Shown here piece by piece: positions 23,555 through 35,150 of a stretch of 43,664 nucleotides of DNA. The translations under genes were made by a program, and so were the position numbers. The stretch is from assembly GCA_000934665.2 (NCBI GenBank), contig KZ538875.1, positions 1 through 43,664 on the forward strand, written 5' to 3'. Source of the stretch: Catajapyx aquilonaris. Taxonomy: Eukaryota. Under the pieces are notes generated by a model, which was given only the letters and a program-made list of their open reading frames with translations, was not told the origin of the DNA and did not search any database. Each line of letters opens with the position of its first letter. Position 1 is the stretch's first letter.

Positions 23555-26500
23555 GGGGGGGCAAAACACACACCATTATATTAAGAATATTCTGAACACT
23601 CCAGTTTGATCATTTCATGTAAATGAATTCGATAACATTCAAATAACGGTATCCTGAATCAGATTATGAAAACAAAGTGGTCTCATCCTTCATTCACTTT
23701 CCAAACTTTCTAGCGTGTATTCCTGCCATGTTAAGAGGCGATAAGAGACGAATAGTATTGTCATGAGTTCTTAAGAAGTTCGGGAAGTCCGAGTTTTATC
23801 AAAAGGCCGGATGTGAAACATTTCTTGTTTGTCCCCAGGTCGGAGCCTTACGAAAAATCAACAGGTGAGTGCCCAACTTCATATTTTTTTCCCCAGCCTC
23901 TGCAACGGCGGATGGGAAAAAAAGTTTGGCAATTTTGGACCACCAGTGGAATAAACATTTGAAAAACGGACTGCCTTTTGTCTCCAGCGACATGTTTCAA
24001 ATTTACATATGAGATACTACCCTAATTAGCGAGTTGCGGCTACTGGAAAATGACAGAGCAAAGTAATGAGGCAGGTGTGCTTCATACGTTCCTGTGAGGT
24101 CAATGGGAACTGCTACCATTTGCGCCCATTCCATGGGTGACTTGTATTCCAAGAAGTATAAACAACAGGTGGAATGAACAGCAAGTTCTGCGTTGTTTGT
24201 TCATTTTCCTTCCTTACACTCTTCGGTCCTTTTCAATATAAATTCTGTTGACATCTTAAAATAAATTGGTACCGGTGTGCAATTATTGGCTTGTATGTCT
24301 TGCAATTATTTCTCTGTTTTTAAACTATTCAAGGTCGTCAGTAAAAGCCTCTTATAATGCCCTTATACGGGACTGTACTGTAGACCCGCGAAATGGATAC
24401 TGGGCCATTCCACTGTAACGGACCCGACAGGTGCTTAGCATCGCGCGTTTTACGTAGAAGTTTCATCGCATTTTAATGTAACGCAGGATATTACGAGTAT
24501 GTGCATCAGTGTAAAATATTTCTAATCGTACCGTACTTAATTGGAATAAAATTAGGTCTAACGTTAAATTACTAGGGGTTATCTATTTCAATGCGAAGGC
24601 TGTGCTAATATTGCTATTTCTCCAGGTGATAACCGGTCATCGCAATGCTATATGCACTTCAAATATGGAAAATATGATAACTGAGATCATTTTACTCTTA
24701 GGCAACCAACAATGCCTATGGATGGCATTGATATTTTATCTGAGAGCAATCCGTCCAATATGGACTATAGTAGTCTACTGTACATGGTGTCCCAGCAGCT
24801 AATATATAAATGCACTACTTGAGCGTCGTTTATAACTATGGAAAAAATCGCAAATTATAGCAAGCAGGATTATCACATATGGAGGTAAGAAATTGAGAAA
24901 AAAAATGAACTATTCACCTCATGTTATTATAGGAACAACCTCTGCTAAAATTATCGCGACGAACTCAATCCTGCAGCTCAATCCAGTTTCTGAGTTGCAT
25001 TCATATGATGAAATCGGAATTGCTAGCATTGATTTTTTAAAACGCCGGAGTGAAAACGCGGAAGAAAGGCACATCCTCTTGGAATTATGTCCGGTTCTGA
25101 TCACTTGGGACATATGATAGGGTCCTGTAAAGGGAATAAAAATGAAATTCATACGTTACTTTTTCAAATTTAAAAGATGCGAACAAGTCCAAAAGAAACT
25201 GAATTGAAATACACTGAAACTGACGTCTTACCCATATTAAGCCATTCTTATTTCAGATCGCATTACCACCGAGAAAGTTCAATCTTATCGCCCTACTTGC
25301 CCACAAACGGACGTTACGCAAAAATGTAGTGGCAAAAAAAGTTTTCTTTACCGGTATATTTGAACTCCAAAATCTTTTATAATAAGGATGAGTCTAGGGT
25401 AGCATTATGTTCAGTTGGAGGACGTCATGGTTCTGGCAACGGTGGCCAGGTTATTTCCTGGCATTGTCTTACTGATGCTCACTCGCTGAGAATTATCACG
25501 TATCATCTACGGCCCCTTTTACCGCCTGGATTATGGGCTGCACTACCAGCTTTCACCACCTCAAAATTAGACGCGATATAGGTATAGTTGAATAAACCTT
25601 AACCAAAATGTTATTAATTTTGCCCCAATTTTTGTACTACCAAAATGTGAGCATTTTATCGCAGCAGAAGTGCATAATCACATATTCACGCCTTTGTTTT
25701 TAAGGGATTTGCGACGGAGTACGACAGACAACAAATGTTTCGATAGCTCTGAAGTGTTTTACTGGCTTCTAGCCTAAGATTGGCGGAATAAAGGCCAAAA
25801 TCTAATCAAAAACTGTGACCCGCTGTCGGTTTTTTTTCTAGTCTAATTTTGTCTGGTTCTCTGCCTCATCCCCGTCTCTTGACTGTTTCTCTTTCCTGCC
25901 TCCCCTCGGGAGCACACATGATCCTGACAGTATATGGGGTGGATAAGTCCCCAGAGGAGATGGTGGAACTGAGGTCAACAACAACAAAAAAAAGTCGTGT
26001 GTGCTGCACGTGATGCCCTACGCCTGTCGTTGTCGGTCCATTAAATATGGCGTCGCCGGAAGCCACAAGAGGAGGCTTCCATGTGACAAGCACCCAACTT
26101 TCTCGTGTCAAGGGAAAACATAGCTACTGACAAAAGTGCACATTTGGGGGTCCGAAAAAGGCTATTCGCAGTGATTGTGCAACCTTCCCCATTCGCGTTG
26201 AAGTCCCAGGATGTCCACAGGGAACTCTTGTCCCAAATGTATGAGGACTCCGGAAGCGATATTGGCTATACGACCTCTATATGTAATTACATAATATGGT
26301 GTATTTTGTTATTATGGAACTAATGACATAACCAGTTGTGGCAAACAATACTGAGCACGACATTTCATTTACAGAGTTGTCACCCGCTCTTCTCCGGATA
26401 AATAACAATAAAGGTAGAGTCGTGTATGAATTAGCGAAAAAAAAAGAGAGAGAGAGAGAAGGATCGTCTGGAGGCAGACAATGGGGGCAAGACGACGCAT

Positions 26501-26867
26501 GGCTGCACACGCACTCCTTTTCCCCCGCCAACTCTAGTGTGGGACATAGTGTGGGAGTTTGAGTTGCAGTCCAGCAATCCGGAGAATGGAACTAGGCTTG
26601 ACTGGTAAGAAAATTCCCTTCCTTCAAAAAAGAGCCTGGGATCGTCATGCGGCCAGCAGAGAAGCCAATGACTTTCACGCTCTGCGAGCCTAGGATCACG
26701 TCACATTCGCAAATTCCGACGATACTGTATGTGTGGAAATGGTATATATGCAATATCGAAATGACGCAAATCAGTTGATCACAAATCAGTTGAAAATATT
26801 TTCTTTGAGAGGTATTGTATATGTCACTATATTACATTTATTTATCTGTTGACATGTACAAATGGTA

Positions 26868-27190
26868 GGGGAGGCGGAGTGGTGCTGCGGTAACGTATGC
26901 ACCCACGGATAAGGTCCCGGGTTCGATCCCAACCCGGGGACACCCCCTTCATCTCGTGCAGAGTTCAGGGTCACCTCTGGCTTCGTCTCGGGTGGTATTT
27001 CCACAGACTAAACCACCCGGGGGAGTTCACTAAAAATGGCCACGTTTAAGACATTGCACTGCACCTTGCACATACCCTCCTGTCATCCTGCCCGTGGGCG
27101 CGGGCGCTACGTAAAAAGGCTCAAATGTACTTGATATAATAAATAAAGGTCCGTGCTGCATACCTCGGATGAGGTCAAGCACTACCCCGG

Positions 27191-27265
<75 letters not shown>

Positions 27266-27277
27266 GTTATTATTATT
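26868..27277 (+). mobile_element. Full-length tRNA-derived SINE with (TTA)n tail and 14-bp TSD
   Basis: GGGG start, A-box TGGTGCTGCGG (26880-26890), B-box GTTCGATCC (26921-26929), 3' stem-loop at 27153-27182 and (TTA)n tail from 27191. The perfect direct repeat ATGTACAAATGGTA lies at 26854-26867 and 27278-27291. Confidence 0.92.
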
Positions 27278-28099
27278 ATGTACAAATGGTAAGCAATTTC
27301 AACCTAAATATTTATTCCTCCAATTTTTCCACGAAGGCTAATAGGCCTAACTGTTATCCTGGACTATCATGTTTTGCTCCTCTAAAGCAAGGGTGCCGTC
27401 ACGCATTTGGCGCCACGAGTCCACACGTAAGACTCGTCAACTTGATCAGTAAGCACGAAAAAAGACGGTGGAGTAAGGTGGAAAGAAAACCTGCCAGTAA
27501 TATACAATTTCCTGTTCACCACCCCCGCTGACCAGGAAAAAAAAAAAAAAAATCAGCCCCCATCTCGATTCATATCTACATGGCAACATTTATTCTGGAG
27601 GAGAAGAAGGACAGTTCCGCTCCAGGTCAGCTTGCCCAATTTCCAGAACTGGCCTACCGGAATTTCCATAAACAGGATTATCAGCAAAACGAAGCTTCTT
27701 CCCCCTACACATCTACGTGATCGGACTGTAAATGATTCCCACTTCTTGATTACAGGTTAATAACCCTCTCTTTACAAATGCCTTTGTGAAAACCCATCCA
27801 GCATGAGTGAGTCTTTGACTCGTTTTCAAAACAGCAGCTTGATTTTTTTTAAATACTTCTTACACGTATAACGCTCCGTTTTAGTTCCTTTGTTTCGTAA
27901 TAACATAACCTCCCCCNCCCCCCAACATTCCTCAAGGTTGCGTCTCATCCAAGTCTAGTAGGCTAATTAGATTAGAAGCTATATAAACCCCTTATCGGCG
28001 CACTTCCACGTTCTGGAATATTTTCCCATGCTACTTCCTTTCCACGACCCAGAAAAAAGGGTGTCCATAAAGTATGGTTGATATATCTCTGGATGGTAA

Positions 28100-28580
28100 G
28101 TTTAGAATACTAATATGTCTAGACTGGTCCAATGTCACTTTAAAAACCGCCGTTTATGAGTTATATCCCTAGCCCCAATCCTGCGTATCGAATGTATAAG
28201 AGAGCTGGTTTAATATAACGAGGCACTTAATGTGGAAAAAATAGTCACCTGTTCACTTTTCTTTGCCCTAATGATGGGATGCTTCCATCTCCACGGTCGA
28301 AGGCTGCCGGTTGTTGTTCACAGACAAAAAGAGAGACTTCTGCCGTCATATAGGCCAATAGTGACGTTATTGGAGAACTGGTCGTTACTTTTTAAAATCG
28401 GTTTGACATTGCAATTCTTATACAGCACTAATTACAGGGGAATATACCTTCGGGGACTATTGTGCAATAAAACTGCTTACCTAAACAAAAATGATAGAGT
28501 TGTTGGTTGGCAAACACTATTATGAACCCATAAACTTTCCTGAATTATTTTCCCAGGCAGTTTATGCATGACCTTACGAG
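28100..28580 (+). mobile_element. Decayed CR1/L2-like LINE RT N-terminal fragment
   Basis: ORF 28232-28525 contains LFFALMMGCF...VVVHRQKERLLPSYRPIVTLLENWSLLFK, matching FNxSLxxGxFP..WK.A.V.P.HK...YRPISLL..SK.FE. Confidence 0.5.
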
Positions 28581-28637
28581 ACTCACGCTCGTAAAATGTA
28601 TCGATATGTTTCAAATACGTTAGTACCGTCATAGGCA

Positions 28638-28893
28638 GGTGGCACGGTGGCGTAATGGTTCAAGTCACTCCATAACCACCTTTGAGGTCCCAAGTTCGAT
28701 CTCCAGGTCGGCGTAAATTTTGTCACGTGGGAAGAGTTTAGGTGGTTTCTCTCCATGTTTGCGTGGTATTCTCTGGGTGATCCGTTTCCTTCCACAATTA
28801 AAATCCATCAACAGAACAGTCACTGTAATAAAGTCGGATCAATTAAAAGACGATTTCCTATTACGGGGTTTCCAATTATTAAATTATTATTAA
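28638..28893 (+). mobile_element. tRNA-derived SINE with V-domain-like core (V-SINE-like)
   Basis: A-box TGGCGTAATGG (28648-28658) and B-box GTTCGATCT (28694-28702). The segment GAGTTT...TCTCTCCATGTTTGCGTGGTATTCTCTGGGTGATCCGTTTCCTTCCACA (~28734-28796) resembles the V-SINE central domain, and the tail is a degenerate (ATT)n. Confidence 0.75.
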
Positions 28894-28899
28894 CATCAC

Positions 28900-29630
28900 A
28901 TTAGTACTGGCATTTCCCATGAAGCACATTGCCCTTGCATAAGCATAAAATAGTCAGCACAGGTTGCTGATTTTATTTTACTGCCACAAGAGCAACATAC
29001 TATACTGTGTATAAGGCGATGACGCGCCAAGTCTGCACATATCACAAAATTCTACACCAATGCACTTTGATATAACTTACAATAAAGAGATGGTCAAACA
29101 AGCACTAAAATTCACATAACTATCATAAGTTTTAGAATTAAAATACTCATACAGGGACCACAATGACCGCTGGATCCCATCTCCATCCATTCCGGAGCAG
29201 CACAGTATATTCACAGTTACTCTCTTTCAAATAGGTTATGATGGAAACATAACTGTACAGCTACATATCTATCAGAACCAAATTAAAAGAAAACTATTAC
29301 GACTAAACCGATGGACAAAAATGAAAGTGTCCTTCATATTACATCACGATCCCTTATTTGCGGCAAAAAATGTCACGAAACCTGCTCGGAATACTCAAAA
29401 GCCAAGTTCTACCCAATATTCAGCAACCCAGCACATGGCCGAAGATATTTGACGCAAGAGGGAAGAGGGCCTGTCATATACCATATACAAGGATAATATA
29501 CTCCATCAGTTTCAGTCTATGTCTATGTCTAATTGTCTATACTGTATACACTACAAGTAGATTGAAGCCTTTGTGAACATGACTATGAGTAGTGGTTGAG
29601 CCACTTGTACATGAAGCACATGAGTGGCAA
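28900..29630 (-). pseudogene. Class A (rhodopsin-like) GPCR pseudogene, TM1-TM5 remnant
   Basis: GFNLLVVYTV (29549-29569, TM1 N), LIGSDRYVAVQLCFHH (DRY at 29265-29273) and VIALYTV*YVALVAVK (TM5 Y at ~29010). The DRY-to-TM5-Tyr spacing of ~86 codons is typical. Stops and frameshifts occur throughout. Confidence 0.55.
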
Positions 29631-30979
29631 TACCTATTACCTTTCCTCTTTTTCTTTCTTTCCACCATTTCCCCCCTAGGGGCATCAAAACGGATGCGAC
29701 ACGGTCCGTCTGCAGGCAAACCAAGCAACCCGAGGCGCACCAATTTCGTCCCATTTTCCAGGTTTTGGGTCCTGGGAACAACAAATGTGAGAGGCGCCAA
29801 GTAGTATCGAAGCGGAGCGTGTCGCCAAGGGAATCCCTGCGTCGTCTGCCTGTGGGTCCCATATAACTTGGGCTCCAAAATAACCCGTGTCATTTGGGAG
29901 ACGCTTCCGGTCTCTCACTTGTCGTCGCCATTCGTCGTCTCCAGGTCCAGGCGCTCTCCACATAAATCCTGCCCCAGCCTAGTCTTCCGGTTTGCACTCC
30001 CCCGACAAATTCCATCATACCGGACTAGGAAGACCTGGTGTGGAAGGAGGCGACATGCCCAAATGGCATCTGGTCCGCGCGCCAAATTCTTCTGCGGCTT
30101 CTTCAATGCCCACCGGCGGCCAAAAATGGACTAAAAAAGCCCCCCAAAAAGTTCACAGGAAATGGGAATTGGTGCTTCCAGCCAGAGTTGTTGGAAATGC
30201 CTGAGTCTGCTTTTTTTTCGTAGGCTTTTAAATGTACCAAGGCGGCCATGATATGAAACAGGTGTCTTGCAATATTCAAGATATAATTTTTTCTGCAGTC
30301 TGTAGGAATGAGTCACCACAGGTATAACCTATTAATTGAATGACCCAAAATGACAATATATTTCAGGAGGGTAGAAAAATGGTGGCGGGTGGATAATAAT
30401 TCTTTAAGTATAATATAAATAGTTACTGATGCATCCCACTCGACATAAGCCTGAAACATTAGTTGAAAATTTTATGATGCAGATTCCATGCACAGGTGTC
30501 CTTCAGTATTCCAGATACATGATTTTGGACTTCTGCACTTGTTTCACTAAATTATTTGAATCGCAAGACCGGTTTACTGAAGCATTTATTAGTGGACAAC
30601 CTGTGTTAAGAAGTCCTGGGAGATGAGTTGTGCCTGAGAAGGCGACATGGCGCATCTGGTCCAGGCGCCAAATTCCTCGAAGGCAACCGGTGTCCAAAAT
30701 TGGCTCAAAAACTTTCCCCAAAAAGTTCCGGAAACTGTTTTTCCACATCCGTCGTTGTTGGGATTAGAGGCGACGATATTTTGGCACTTGACAGCCTTCG
30801 TGCCAGATGCACATAATAGGGCTTGCGCAAGTCGATACTTTCGTTTTTATTGTCAGCCTTGTATAGCCAGCAGCAGTCCTTCCGAATATGCTCTATGCAG
30901 ATGTCTCCATCTTTTCCTACCATTGCATGTGTGCGGGATGACCTCTTTCCCACATTGCTCTATACAATCGTTGTCTCGC

Positions 30980-31600
30980 ACACTGCAAGTGAAAGCAGGT
31001 GACCTTTATGTGTGTGCTGGATGTCCAGTTAGACAATCGTTATGTCAACACGTCAGCTACTGCTGACTCTGGGTCAAAATCAACCTTCAGACCGAGGTGA
31101 GGTCTTCATTATAGACACTAATTTTTACGTCACTCAATCTATGTTTCTGGAGGGGAGAATGTGACGGATTTATGTTTCATGCACGTGCCGTCAAAGTCAA
31201 TCCCGAGGCCACCAATTGGGAGCCTGAGAACTGCGACACCTGGATTTGGCTACGTTGCCAAATGGATGGGAAACGATGGCCTCTTTCCACAACCACCCCC
31301 CGCAAATTTTATTCGCAGGTACAAAATCGATTGCCATTCGCCAAATCTACATGGACATATTCTGAAAGGACCTGCTCACATTCAATGTGCATTCGTTCGG
31401 TTAGTGATTATTGTAGCTCCAAATTGGATGAGAGAAAAAATCCAGGGCTATCGAAGACTTCTATAAGGCCACATTTTCCGTTCCTGTTCGTGGCAAAATG
31501 ATGACAGGCTTGAATATGGGATATTTTTTCCTTGAAATTCACACACAAGTGGTACATTTTATAAACTTCAATTGATATGTTATCACTAAATAGCGCAAAC
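30980..31600 (-). pseudogene. Decayed Ulp1-like (C48) peptidase plus PHD-finger remnant, probably transposon cargo
   Basis: HIQACHHF...IEVFDSPG..LSSNLELQ (His and Asp motifs), GGCG/AI (cf. DCGxxAI), DFDGTCMKH...FSPP (cf. FDQxxMRxH...PFP), then SV*RL...*HNDCL...FTCSV (cf. PHD CxCR...FHxxC...CxxC). Confidence 0.38.
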
Positions 31601-32315
31601 AATATATCTTTTGATCTACAGGCTCGTTCAATGAAGTCTCCATTAGTACCTACCTATTAACAGTACGGTATTGCCACATGAGAATTTGCATAAGTTGTGA
31701 AAAATGTTGCATATGGAAATCTTCGTTGCTCAAAATAATGTACCTGCTGCAACAACAATATTATGTAAGGCATCCTCATACATTGGTTTCCAAATGAATT
31801 GATCGTTTTACTTAGATATTTTTGCCACTAAGCTACTAATTTCTAAAAAGTTACTTTCAAAGTTTCTTTTAGGAATGATCAAATTATTATATGCAAAGAA
31901 TGGGGTCTTGCATTCGGATGTCATTGGGTCATTCAGAAAGTCTTAAGCTCGGAAGTTAATTGTAATTCAGTGTCTAGCTGCGATTCCTTCAAGCCCTTAG
32001 CACTCAATATTTTATACAGCATCTCAAACTGTTCAAAAATAACTGCTTAAAATGAGCAGTTTTGTGCCCAAAAATCGCTAATACTTAAATGGACTCTATA
32101 ATTATTAAAACACACTTTATACACGCAGATAAATTAATAAAATACTATACGCAACTGCCAAATAGCACTTGTACTTGTAATTACTACTGTGAGTGCTAAC
32201 GTTCTCTCGCTGGGGACTTCCAAGCAGGACTTTAGGTCATCTAGAATGGTTTTTCAGATGACTGTCCAGGACTTTCCTGACCCATAAGATGTCTACCGGT
32301 CCAAATATGAATGGA

Positions 32316-32344
32316 GGGGGGGGGGGGGGGNGGGGGGGGGGGGG
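32316..32344. repeat. Poly-G tract (~28 nt, one N)
   Basis: Seen directly. Confidence 0.95.
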
Positions 32345-33499
32345 ATTGGTGGCCATAAATCTCGGATGAAATCTAGTGTGTCAGGAACAGCTACAGAAAG
32401 AAAAATAATGACCGCCGTTAAGTGAGGTGCAAATGCTCAACGTTCCGTGCAATTATGCTCCGTACGGAGATTATCTTTCTGAGCTTTACCGAAGCGCAAA
32501 CTTACAGCTGGACTTCCAAGTCACCTACTTTGACCTCTTCTGCAGCTGGCCGAAGCCTGCGTTCAGTGAAAGCCTACACGTCGTTTCTCAGCAGTGACCA
32601 GCATCGTCTTGTGGCCAGCAGATGCTTATGAGTGGTCAACCGTAATGACCCCAAGGGGTCACTCCGAGGCCACACCGAGGACATCTGCAGAGGTCGAGGT
32701 AGACCTGCTTTGACCTGCGCGACGCATCTGCCACTTTCTCCCTAGCCCAAGAATGGAAGTAGGGAGATTTTATATGAATCCAAACCGCTATCTACAAATT
32801 TAACGGTTATGTCAATTTAGTACTATACACGAAGATTTTCAGCTGTAGATTTCATTCGATATCTATACATTTTGTTCACATCTGACATCTGTGGAAGATG
32901 CGGGCAAGTTATTATTTCTCGTGGCTTTCCGGTTGTAACTAGACATATAAGGCATCACTTCCAAGAGAGAATATCGCTAGTCCGGTTCGGGGTAGAAAGT
33001 TATAAAAAGTTGAATTAATCACGAGTCTGGGAAGAAAAGGTTCTCGTAGCACTAGGCAAGACCTAAGTGTTTGACAGATAATGACGCTCGCAGTTTCATT
33101 TATGAACGCTGATATCACACAATGTGTTACAGACTTACAGCAATTGGGATTGATTAGGAAGCCCCTTTTATTACATCCAAAAATCGCGCTTTTGGGCCGA
33201 AAATGAAGGATGACTACCAGCCTTCTTCAGGCTCTAAACCTAAAATTCACAAGCGCATGACATGCTAATTGCCTGTCGTGTACTCCTTGCGGGTAATTTC
33301 CTCAGGCGACACACTAATACAGCAGTTGCCGCAACCCTTCCAGAGCCAACGAAACGTAAACCACTGACGAAATTGCTGGTAAGGATCCCCATTACGTTCC
33401 TACCCACCGACACAAAAAAGTTATACTTAATAACCTATCTATCCTGTCATGCTCATTGAGACCCGAATTATCAAGTGTATAATTCGGCCAATGCTGACC

Positions 33500-33990
33500 C
33501 GACAAAACTCGCACCTTCCTGCAACTTCCTTACATCCGCGCCACATTTTGGAAGGTGGTATCGTAAAAGCACCATTTTGATATAAGGTGCATGATGGGAG
33601 GTCCCTGAGGCCAAAATCACGTCATGAAAAGTGCGAGTGTTTGAAGCAAACATGGCGTCTGGAGGAAGCGTTGGGCAAGCATGAAGAGGTAGCAGGACAC
33701 GCTGGGGTGCTTCAAGAGCCCCTTGGGTGCGCATCCGGAACGCCCACTCCTTATTTCCTCCCCCCCTCCCCTACCTCCTTCCTCCCCCGCTCTTTTTTAC
33801 CTTACAACTAACTCTCAAACAGCGTACACACTTCTGGCCAAACCTCATAATAATACTGTCCATGTCTCAACTGCATCTCGCAATATGGCGTCCTCTCGAC
33901 AGTCGCGAGTTCCTCCCCACCCCTTCGATGCAGCGTCGCAACTATTTCCTGTCTCCGCAATCTATCCTACCCATCTAAAAGCTCTCCTTC
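33500..33990 (+). mobile_element. Decayed Rex1/Babar- or L2-like LINE ORF2 3' region
   Basis: KSTILI*GA*W (cf. ESILxYxxxxW), MASSRQSRVP (cf. LPSGRRxR) and QRRNYFLSPQSIL (cf. RxxNSFxPxAI) occur in the expected order. Confidence 0.38.
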
Positions 33991-34289
33991 TTAAGCCCCC
34001 TCCCTCTTCCTTCCTGCGACCTCAGGTGACCTCGCACCAACTGTCTTCGGGACACTGAGTTATTCTTAGAATGTTGGTTCCATCCCTGTATTCTGGAGGG
34101 AGGACCTTCCACATGCCACTGAAATATGGATAATGAGAAGTGGGTGACAGAATTTCAGAAAATGAGTATGCATGTTGGGTACCTATGTCTCCAATATGTA
34201 CCGTGATTGACTGGTTAGATTGTTAGCCTTGGAACGACAATTTAAGTGCAGGAATCACAGGTAGATTTGTCTATAATCATATCATCACA

Positions 34290-34304
34290 TGCCATCTAGC
34301 GGCC
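34290..34304 (-). promoter_or_regulatory. CTCF-like motif
   Basis: Minus-strand GGCCGCTAGATGGCA closely matches the CTCF core CCrsyAGRKGGCR. This is a sequence match only. Confidence 0.3.
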
Positions 34305-34799
34305 TCTTGAGATATCGCCCTAACAGTGCCCAGTTGACATGTAAATGCCCTCTGGGCACGATTGCTTTATCTTCTGATTGTTCCTGTAGCACGAAAGTAA
34401 AACGGCCTAATGTCTAATGATCCATATGAAAATCTCACATTGTGACAAACTTGTGCCGCTTTATACCACGCCCACCAATAGGCTGATGCCATGGAATTTA
34501 TTTCTGTCATTACGACAAGCCATTATTATTTTTCGATCCAATGAAAACTGACAGAAATGAATTGTGGCCCTAATTCCCATAGTTCTACTTCAATTTTATT
34601 GCACAGTATCGTAACGTCACAATGTCGTAGTGGCTACAATAAGTGACATATCATGAATCCAAGGTGTGTTTCATTATGTCCAAGAAGACTGCATAGTATG
34701 AAAGGATCTGCGCAGCAGAAGTCATTCTAATAGTCTTGTGACGTACGTTTCTTGGAAGTCAAGGATGGAAATCTCTTCAACACCTGCTTCCATGTTTCG

Positions 34800-35150
34800 G
34801 TTTGCTGCTTTTCATCCTTGGTTCAAACGCTTCCAGCGTCATCTCTGCCATGGCGGCACAAAAAAAGAAGTTTGCACAGGGCGAAACCACCTGGAATATT
34901 GACGAAGAAGCTTCCATCCTTCACCCAAAGAAAACTTCTTTGGTAGTTTCTTTCCTCCTGACCTGATCGCACAAGACCATGAAACACTAATACATGCACT
35001 CCAAGTGAATCGTATCTGCATGATCCATGTAATTGACTTCCTCCAAATTGAGCGTATCCTATTTTCTCAGCGCTTTGATCCAAAAACTAGCACGACTATC
35101 CTTGATGCCTGTAATAAATTCCTAACCCAATTCACGAAACGGTCGGACCA
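34800..35150 (+). mobile_element. Decayed CR1-like LINE ORF2 C-terminus
   Basis: HETLIHAL...IERILFSQRFDPKTSTTILDACNKFLTQFTKRS resembles the LLFG...NxxILxAxxxFIxxTKRF end of invertebrate CR1-group ORF2. Confidence 0.4.

Larger units (their letters stand above)
20094..25600 (+). pseudogene. Decayed NLR-like gene C (death fold(s)-NACHT-LRR-like)
   Basis: A strong acceptor at 20093 precedes one open frame (DDSVKAGVEEFF...). DD-like FGRKWTALVES...KYLRFRQHFGYTAADSHLK*...ELA lies at ~21005-21335. NACHT-order motifs have plausible spacing: LAGAPERTK (23410-23436, Walker A-like), NKV/LILHSLSKL (23671-23708, Walker B-like), VRVLSKGR (23787-23810), EILP*LASCGYW (24011-24046), CAIIGL (24276-24293), FHCNGPDRCLAS (24408-24443). 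Catalytic residues are degenerate and there are many stops. Confidence 0.45.

Noticed and set aside
26868..26945. Possible tRNA gene (also 28638-28712)
   Set aside because: A and B boxes are present but there is no complete cloverleaf. Both continue into SINE bodies with simple-repeat tails.
27153..27531. Poly-Leu and poly-Tyr ORFs
   Set aside because: These are translations of the SINE (TTA)n tail.
32400..32760. RT-like words on the minus strand (VKAGLP, QDDA, NVEH)
   Set aside because: The order is compatible with an RTE-like RT but the matches are too weak to support a feature.
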